Source of the DNA: Thermoanaerobaculia bacterium
GTDB taxonomy: Bacteria; Acidobacteriota; Thermoanaerobaculia; UBA5066
Assembly: GCA_963719225.1 (NCBI GenBank)
Contig: CAVRAY010000001.1
Span: 1,248,001-1,312,000, forward strand
Direction of reading: 5' to 3'
DNA: 64,000 bases
The notes beneath the pieces were generated by a model. It did no database searches. It saw only the letters and a program-made list of their open reading frames with translations, and was not told where the DNA came from. Below are positions 57,410-64,000 of this stretch, in pieces; positions within the stretch are counted from its first letter, which is position 1; every line of letters begins with the position of its first letter. A program made the translations under genes and the position numbers.

Positions 57410-60342
57410 GCCGGGCGCGTCCCGTTTCGCGCGCCGCGTCCGCGATCACGGTCGTGAACGCGCGCACCCACAACCTCAAGAACGTGACGTGCGCTTTTCC
57501 GGTCGGCGCGCTCACGGTCGTGACCGGTCCTTCCGGCTCGGGGAAGTCGTCGCTCGCGTTCGACACGCTCTACGCCGAGGGCCAGCGCCGGTTCGTGGAG
57601 TCGATGTCCACGTACGCTCGGCAGTACCTCGAAAGGCTCGAGCGCCCGGACGTGGACCTCATCGAGCACGTCCTGCCCGCGCTCGCGATCGAGCAGAAGG
57701 CTCCCGCGCGATCGGCGCGTTCCACGGTCGGGACGGCGACCGAGATCCACGACGTCCTGCGGCTCCTCTTCGCGGCCGCCGGCACGCTGCGGTGCGCCGA
57801 CGACGGGACACTCGTTCGCCGCCACACCGTCGAAGGGATAAGGGACATTCTGCTTTCGGAGTGGGGCGAGGGCGCGCGGGTGCTCGTGATCGCGCCGCGA
57901 AAAGTCCAGTCGTTCGAGGCCGAGAGCGCAGAGTGGAGAAGACTCGGTTTTTTCCGCTATGTCTCCGCTTCGGGGGACGTTCTGGAAATTTCTTCGAATG
58001 GAAAAGAGACGGAGAAAGCGGCCGCGCCGCTTGCGGCCTTCCCGCTGCTCGTGGGGCGCCACGTGCTTGCGGCCTCCGATCCGGAAATCCTCTCTTCACT
58101 TTCAATGGCATTCGACGCCGGAGACGGTGAGCTTCTTGTGCTGAAATTCGGAGGGGGTCTTGCCTCGGCCCGCCGCTTCCGCCGCGGCCTCGTGTGCGAC
58201 GTGTGCGGGCGGCGCTTCACTGATCCGGTTCCCGCGCTCTTCTCCTTCAACTCGCCTCGAGGCGCGTGCGAGACGTGCCAGGGTTTCGGTCGTGTGACGG
58301 GCATCGACGCGGCACGCGTCATCCCCGACCCGGCGAAGTCGCTCCGAGAGCGGCCGATCGCGCCGTTCAACTCGCCGGCCTACGAGAGCGCCTACGACGA
58401 CCTGAAGGTGGTCTCGCGGCGCCACAAGCTGCGCTGGGACGTGCCGTGGAACGAGCTGACGCCGCGCGAGCGGGACGTCGTCTGGAAGGGTTCGGGCGAC
58501 TGGTATGGGGTCGAAGGTCTCTTCAAGTACCTCGAAAAGAAGCGGTACAAGGTGCACGTGAGGGTCCTCCTGTCGCGCTATCGCGGCTATACGCCGTGTC
58601 CCTCCTGCGGCGGGGCGCGCCTGAGAAGCGAGGCGCTCGCGGTGACGCTCTCCGGCAAGACGATCGCCCAGGTCGCAGCCCTCACGCTCGACGAGCTCCT
58701 CGTCTTTCTGGCCGGCGCTCTTCCCGGCGGCGAGGAGCGCGCGCGGGGAGCGTCGCTCGTCGAGGACCTCCGGCGTCGCGTCGGAACGCTCGTCGAGATC
58801 GGCCTCGGGTACCTCACGCTTTCGCGGACGATGCGGACGCTCTCGGGCGGTGAGGCCCAGCGGATCCAGCTCGGCGCGGCGATCGGGAACGCTCTCACCG
58901 GCACTCTCTACGTGCTCGACGAGCCCACGGTCGGCCTCCATCCGCGCGACACGCACCGGCTCCTCGGCGTCCTCGAGCGCCTCGCGGCCGGCGGAAACGC
59001 CGTCGTCGCCGTCGAGCACGACACGGACGTCATCCGCGCGGCCGACCACGTCATCGACCTCGGGCCGGGCGCGGGAGCACGCGGCGGGCGCCTCGTGTTC
59101 GAGGGGACGCCGGGGGAGCTGGAGAAGGCGGACACGCTCACGGGGAGGTCGCTGAGGAGGGAGACCGAAGAAAGAGAAGAAATTTTTGCTTCGGAAAGGG
59201 AAAGAGACGGCAAGCCGTATCGGCCAGGCGCTCCGAGCGAACTCATCGCAGCCGAAACGTCGCGCGCCTTCGGCGCTTTCTTAGAAGGGGGTATGAGGTC
59301 TGCGGCGCTCGAGCCGGGCACCGAAGCGATCCGTGTCCTCGGCGCGCGAGCAAACAATCTTCAAAATATTTCCGTCGACTTTCCCCTTCACCAGCTCGTC
59401 GCGGTGTCCGGAGTGTCGGGCTCGGGGAAGTCGTCGCTCGTCGTGGACGTGCTCGCGGCGGGTGCCCGGCAGCGCATGGGGAAGGGGCTTCTCCCCGGCG
59501 TGGACGAGGTGGGCGCCCACGACGCGATCGAGGGGCTCGACCGCGTCGCCGAGGTCATTCTCGTCGACCAGTCTCCGCTCGGGCGCTCGTCCCGCTCGAA
59601 CGCGGCGACGTACACGAAAGCCTGGGACGAGATCCGGACGCTCCTCGCCCGCGCGGGCTCCGCGAAGGCGCGCGGCCTCGAAAAGGGCGCGTTCAGCTTC
59701 AACGCTCCCGGCGGGAGGTGCGAGCGCTGCGAGGGGGCGGGCGTCGTCACCGTGGACATGCAGTTCCTCGCCGACGTGACGGTCGTGTGCGACGTGTGCG
59801 ACGGGCGCAGGTTCAAGCCCGAGGTGCTCGAGGTGAGGCTCAGAGGGCGGAACGTCGACGAGCTCCTCGCCACCACCGTCGACGAAGCGCGCGAGCTCTT
59901 CGCCGACGTACGGGTGATCTCGGACCGGCTCCAGCCGCTCGCGGAAGCCGGGCTCTCCTACCTGACCCTCGGTCAGTCCACCGGAACGCTCTCGGGCGGC
60001 GAAGCCCAGCGGCTGAAGATCGCGTCGTTCCTCAGGGGCGGGGGGCCCGACGAGCCGGTTCTGTTCATCTTCGACGAGCCGACGACCGGACTGGCGCCTT
60101 CCGACGTGGACGTGCTCCTCGCGGTCTTCCGGCGCCTCCTCGCGGCGGGTCATTCGATCGTTGCCGTGGAGCACCACACGGGTTTTCTCGCCCGCGCCGA
60201 CACCCTGATCGAGCTCGGGCCCGGTGGCGGCCCCGCGGGCGGCCGCATCCTGTTTTCAGGCCCTCCGGCGGCTCTCGCGGCTCTCGGCGGAACTCCGACG
60301 GCCGACGCGCTCCGGGGCCGGGTACAATTTCCGTCACGGTGA
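57406..60342 (+). CDS. uvrA: Excinuclease ABC subunit A paralogue (UvrA2-type)
   Basis: [45 protein letters not shown] twice, GVSGSGKSS and zinc-finger CxxC pairs. Confidence 0.93.
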   Translation: MSRARPVSRAASAITVVNARTHNLKNVTCAFPVGALTVVTGPSGSGKSSLAFDTLYAEGQRRFVESMSTYARQYLERLERPDVDLIEHVLPALAIEQKAPARSARSTVGTATEIHDVLRLLFAAAGTLRCADDGTLVRRHTVEGIRDILLSEWGEGARVLVIAPRKVQSFEAESAEWRRLGFFRYVSASGDVLEISSNGKETEKAAAPLAAFPLLVGRHVLAASDPEILSSLSMAFDAGDGELLVLKFGGGLASARRFRRGLVCDVCGRRFTDPVPALFSFNSPRGACETCQGFGRVTGIDAARVIPDPAKSLRERPIAPFNSPAYESAYDDLKVVSRRHKLRWDVPWNELTPRERDVVWKGSGDWYGVEGLFKYLEKKRYKVHVRVLLSRYRGYTPCPSCGGARLRSEALAVTLSGKTIAQVAALTLDELLVFLAGALPGGEERARGASLVEDLRRRVGTLVEIGLGYLTLSRTMRTLSGGEAQRIQLGAAIGNALTGTLYVLDEPTVGLHPRDTHRLLGVLERLAAGGNAVVAVEHDTDVIRAADHVIDLGPGAGARGGRLVFEGTPGELEKADTLTGRSLRRETEEREEIFASERERDGKPYRPGAPSELIAAETSRAFGAFLEGGMRSAALEPGTEAIRVLGARANNLQNISVDFPLHQLVAVSGVSGSGKSSLVVDVLAAGARQRMGKGLLPGVDEVGAHDAIEGLDRVAEVILVDQSPLGRSSRSNAATYTKAWDEIRTLLARAGSAKARGLEKGAFSFNAPGGRCERCEGAGVVTVDMQFLADVTVVCDVCDGRRFKPEVLEVRLRGRNVDELLATTVDEARELFADVRVISDRLQPLAEAGLSYLTLGQSTGTLSGGEAQRLKIASFLRGGGPDEPVLFIFDEPTTGLAPSDVDVLLAVFRRLLAAGHSIVAVEHHTGFLARADTLIELGPGGGPAGGRILFSGPPAALAALGGTPTADALRGRVQFPSR

Positions 60343-61556
60343 CGAACGAGGTCTTCCGGTATGTGCTCTCGGCGGAGGGCCGTGAAATCGACCTTCTGGA
60401 CGGCGAGGCGACGCTGGGCCGCAGCCGGACCTCGACGGTGCGCCTCGAGCACGAGTCCGTTTCGCGCTCGCACGCGCTCCTCACGCTGAACCGCGGAGAG
60501 GCGATCGTCAAGGACCTCAACTCCTCCAACGGTACCTACGTGGGAGGGAAGAGGATCTCGCGCGAGACACGGCTTCAGAGCGGCGACCGCGTCCAGCTGG
60601 GCGCTGCGGTCATCGATCTCAAGATCATTGCGCCGAGCGTGCCCTCGGAGCGCACGGCGATGCTCGGGGCCGACGCGCTCCCGTCCCAGGCGCCCGCGCC
60701 GGCGCCGGACCCGCCTTCGGGCATAGCCTTCGACCAGGCTCCCGGCGTCACAAACCCGGGCGCGGTCGCCGCGCCGCCTGCCGCTGGCGCGCCGGATCCG
60801 ATGTCGGCCTCGGAGCTTTTCCGGGAGGTGGACAAGAAAGGTGTCGCGCCCCCGCGCGCGGGTTCGGGCTTCCGGGAGGCTTTCCCCGCGGCGCTTCGGC
60901 CACCAGACGACGTGTCGACTGTTGCTCCTCCGCCCGGCTCCGTCCCCGACCTCGAGGCGCCCTTCGTCTCGGCGGTCGCCCCCCGGGAGCTGGCGGACCT
61001 TTCCATCCAGATGAGCGCGACGCAGGCTCCTCCCCGCCCGCCGTCTCTCGAGCGGGTGGTCGCCTTTCGGGAAAGGCGGGCTCCGTCGCTCAACGAAGCC
61101 CCCCGCAATGCCGCGAATCCCTTCGCGCGCCTCCTCGCGGCGCTCGTCGACGCCGTGATCCTCACGGCCATCAACCTCCTCCTGTTCGCGCCCGTCTTCC
61201 TCATCGATTATTTCCGCACCGAGCTCCAGACCCGCGACGCCGCGCCCGACTGGGCGTTCCGCGGCGTCACGGCTCTCTCGATCCTGCTCGCCGCTCTCGC
61301 GAACGCGCTCTACGTCGTCGGCGGCTGGGCCTGGCGCGGGCGCACGCCGGGCAAGTCCCTGCTCGGCCTCACCGTGGTCAAGCGCGGCGAGATCGGCGGG
61401 AGGGGCATCGGCTGGAAGGCGGCTCTCATCCGCGCGGTGGTCCTCGTGCTCGCGGGGATTCCGCTCGGCCTCGGATGGGTGTGGGCCTTCTTCGAGAAGG
61501 AGAAGCGCGCCTTCCAGGACCTCGCGGCCGGAACGTGGGTCGTGAGATCGCGCTGA
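60339..61556 (+). CDS. FHA-domain / Pro-rich linker / RDD-family membrane protein
   Basis: LGRS...SVSRSHA...DLNSSNGTYV (FHA); RLLAALVD...GRTPGK...QDLAAGTWV (RDD). Confidence 0.88.
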   Translation: MTNEVFRYVLSAEGREIDLLDGEATLGRSRTSTVRLEHESVSRSHALLTLNRGEAIVKDLNSSNGTYVGGKRISRETRLQSGDRVQLGAAVIDLKIIAPSVPSERTAMLGADALPSQAPAPAPDPPSGIAFDQAPGVTNPGAVAAPPAAGAPDPMSASELFREVDKKGVAPPRAGSGFREAFPAALRPPDDVSTVAPPPGSVPDLEAPFVSAVAPRELADLSIQMSATQAPPRPPSLERVVAFRERRAPSLNEAPRNAANPFARLLAALVDAVILTAINLLLFAPVFLIDYFRTELQTRDAAPDWAFRGVTALSILLAALANALYVVGGWAWRGRTPGKSLLGLTVVKRGEIGGRGIGWKAALIRAVVLVLAGIPLGLGWVWAFFEKEKRAFQDLAAGTWVVRSR

Positions 61557-61560
61557 AGCG

Positions 61561-62415
61561 TCAGGTTCCGCCCAGGGTCGCGAGGAGGGACGGGGAGAGA
61601 AGGGCTTCTTCCGAGCGGCGGCTGCCACCGCGTTTGCGCCAGGTTGAAAGAGACTTCCTCGCGCGGGCGAGGAGCGAGGGATCGGCGCGACCTTCGAGGA
61701 CGTAACGCGTGCCCAGGACGAGCGTCGCGAGGAGGTCCGCCTCCTTCGCTTCCGGACGGGCGAGGCGGAAGCTCTCGATGGCAGCCTCGGCTCCGGCGAA
61801 GTCACCGGCCGAGAAGAGAGTCAGGATGCGCTCGGGATCGGCGGCAGCGCCGTCCTTCGGCGCGGGGGTCGCGTCCGTCGGAAGCACGGCTGTCGCCGTC
61901 GGAGTCGCGGACGGAGCCGCGGCGGCCGCTGGTTCCGGAGTGGGAGAGGAGGTGGGCGTCGGGAGGGAAGCCGCCTGCTGGGCCTCCCGGCGCTCCAGCT
62001 GACCGAGCCTCCCTAGGAGATCGGCGGATTCCGGGAAGCCGTCGATGACCCCTTCGCTCCGGGACCGGAGGAGGTTGCGCTTCGCCTCCAGGACCTCTCC
62101 CAGCTCCATGTGGGCGACGCCCAGCCAGTAGTAGGGATCGTAGAGGTCCACGAAATTTCGTGTCGTACCGAAGCCCTTTTGCGCCTGGGTGTGTCCCGTC
62201 GCGAGGGCGTCGTTCATTTTTCGCACCACGAGCGGCCAGTCTTTCCTCTGGGCCGCGGCCTGACCCGCCTGATACGCCTTCACGGCGGCGTCGGGGGGTA
62301 GAATCGCCTGTGCCCGGAGCGGGCCCGCGAAGGCGATGAACGCCACGGCGATGATCCCGACGGACCCGGGCGCCCGTGGGATGGAGCGCGCGCCGTGACA
62401 CTTCCGAGTGCGCAT
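61561..62415 (-). CDS. Hypothetical secreted TPR-like protein
   Basis: Signal peptide, PYYWLGVAHMELG TPR-like helix and Pro/Thr linker. Confidence 0.65.
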   Translation of the reverse strand: MRTRKCHGARSIPRAPGSVGIIAVAFIAFAGPLRAQAILPPDAAVKAYQAGQAAAQRKDWPLVVRKMNDALATGHTQAQKGFGTTRNFVDLYDPYYWLGVAHMELGEVLEAKRNLLRSRSEGVIDGFPESADLLGRLGQLERREAQQAASLPTPTSSPTPEPAAAAAPSATPTATAVLPTDATPAPKDGAAADPERILTLFSAGDFAGAEAAIESFRLARPEAKEADLLATLVLGTRYVLEGRADPSLLARARKSLSTWRKRGGSRRSEEALLSPSLLATLGGT

Positions 62416-62436
62416 AGAGAGGGATTCTAGAGAAGG

Positions 62437-64000
62437 ATGGGTTTCACGCCCCGGCTTTCACGGTCGATCGTCCGGGTGGCGATGCTCGCCGCCCTGGCAG
62501 GCGCGTGGGCGGCCGCCGCACGGGCCGCATGCCCGGCCGCGCCCGTCCTGACGGGACCCTCCGGAATCCAGGCGGGCGACTCGTACGCGCTCTCCTGGAC
62601 GAACGTCTTCACCGACGTGGCGGCCTCGAACGTCAATTACTACGTCGTCGAGCGGGCCCTCGACTCCTCGTTCTCGTCGTCGCTCGACCAGACCACGACG
62701 CAGCGCTCCGCGATCACGCTTCCGCCCGCGCCGGCGAGCGCCAGGATCCTGTACCACCGCATCGTCGTCCGATCCTCGTGTCCCACCGCCTCGTTCGCGG
62801 CGATCGTGTCGAACGTCGTCGCCGTCCCGGTGAAGAGCGTCTGCGACGTGCCGCCCTCCGTGGGAGAGCTCCACGCGAACCCCCCGAACCCGCCGGCATT
62901 CTCGACGTGGGTCGTCACGTGGGACACGCTCGGCACGGGCGCGGGGCCGGGCGGCGGGCTCACGGGGCTCAAGTTCCGGATCCGGCGCACGTCGGTCTTC
63001 GAGCCCGACGGGCGCGAGTGGGTCGTGGAAGGGGGCGCCGACTCGTTCACGGGCGCGCCCGGCGAATACGTTTTCCAGGTCCGGGCCGAAGCCTCCTGCG
63101 GCTCCGTCGGCCCGTGGTCCCCGGCGTTGCGCGTGACGGTGGGCAACGTCCTGAGGCCCGCGCTCCTCCTCGTCTCGGAGCCGGCCCCGATCGCCTCGCT
63201 CGTCCCTCCGGCGGGGACACACCCGACCACGGCGTTCGTCGTGCGTAACGGCGGAACCGATCCCATCCTCGTGCGCGCGAAGCCGGACGACAGCGGCTTC
63301 GTGGTCGCGCCGGAGTCCTTCACGCTCGGTCCGAACGTGGCGCAGACGGTCGTCGTGACGTCCCTCTACGTGACGGCGCTTCTGCGTCCCGTGCACGCGT
63401 CGGTCGCGCTCACGGCCGGCGACACGACGCTCACCGTTCCGCTCGACGCCATGATCACGGCCGCGCCGTCGACGGGAAAGGTCGTGTGGAGCGACGCGAC
63501 CGCCGACGTCGACCGCGACGGGGACCCGGTGCTCCGCTCGATCGTGAATCCGTCGAGCAGCGTCGCGTCGTTCGTCGCGTCGGTCCGCGCCTCCTGGCTC
63601 TCCGTCGTGTCGCTGGACGGCCAGCCCTGGGATCGTCCGCTCGCCGCGCACGAATCGCGGACGGTGCAACTCGTCGTGGACCGGGCGAAGCGCCGCTCGG
63701 GCACCGGCACGGAGGTCGGCGCGGTGGCGCTCGGCACGGTCGGATTCGCGGACAGCCCCGAGACGCTCCTCGTCACCGACGACGGGCCGCCGGTCCTGCC
63801 GGCCGCGACCGGGGCCGGCGCGCAGCCCGCCACGGCGCCGCACACGCGCCTCCTGTACGCGGCGTTTCCGAACGCCGTCGACGCGCGACGCGTGGGGCGA
63901 TTCGCGGCGGACCTCTGGCTCACGAACACCGACGCCGTGAATCCCGTGGCGGTCTCGATCCTCTTCAATCCGGTCGGCGCTCCGGGCGACGGCTCTCTCC
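62437..64000 (+). CDS. Large secreted protein with fibronectin/Ig-like beta domains (runs off the window)
   Basis: My translation from ATG 62437 (AGAAGG RBS): signal peptide, then ACPAAPVLTGP...YALSWTN...YVVER...YVFQVRAEASCG. Not in the supplied ORF track. Confidence 0.75.
   Translation, partial: MGFTPRLSRSIVRVAMLAALAGAWAAAARAACPAAPVLTGPSGIQAGDSYALSWTNVFTDVAASNVNYYVVERALDSSFSSSLDQTTTQRSAITLPPAPASARILYHRIVVRSSCPTASFAAIVSNVVAVPVKSVCDVPPSVGELHANPPNPPAFSTWVVTWDTLGTGAGPGGGLTGLKFRIRRTSVFEPDGREWVVEGGADSFTGAPGEYVFQVRAEASCGSVGPWSPALRVTVGNVLRPALLLVSEPAPIASLVPPAGTHPTTAFVVRNGGTDPILVRAKPDDSGFVVAPESFTLGPNVAQTVVVTSLYVTALLRPVHASVALTAGDTTLTVPLDAMITAAPSTGKVVWSDATADVDRDGDPVLRSIVNPSSSVASFVASVRASWLSVVSLDGQPWDRPLAAHESRTVQLVVDRAKRRSGTGTEVGAVALGTVGFADSPETLLVTDDGPPVLPAATGAGAQPATAPHTRLLYAAFPNAVDARRVGRFAADLWLTNTDAVNPVAVSILFNPVGAPGDGSL

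Overview
High-GC bacterial DNA (about 70% by eye). The gene content suggests Acidobacteria; this is inference only. Roughly 55 CDS are supported. No rRNA, tRNA, CRISPR array or intact transposase/integrase was recognised. Housekeeping-type flanks (gdhA, ECF sigma module, hbd, a TonB-receptor/FabG/atypical FabH/acyl-CoA ligase-hydrolase operon, proS, vapBC, maeB and glycosyltransferases on the left; mutY, a GGDEF-EAL protein and a uvrA paralogue on the right) surround a ~19.5 kb block (29976-49484) of stress genes. That block holds an NtrC-type enhancer-binding protein, a pseudo-kinase, a cyclic beta-1,2-glucan synthase with a C-terminal receiver domain, a DEGS1-like desaturase, a CHASE3 kinase, two lmo0937-family peptides, topoisomerase IB, SOD, a ferritin-like protein and Ku. 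Two patterns are not explained by the gene calls. (1) About eleven sigma54 (-24/-12, GG-N10-GC) promoter-like sites precede most transcription units in the stress block. (2) A dispersed AT/purine-rich motif (approx. GAAGAGAAGATTTCTT[C/A/T]GAAGGTGAA) sits inside coding sequences as convergent forward/reverse pairs spanning about 90-300 bp. It is read in different frames and strands, sometimes adds foreign-looking peptide, and appears absent from the stress block. All calls are by eye, without database searches.
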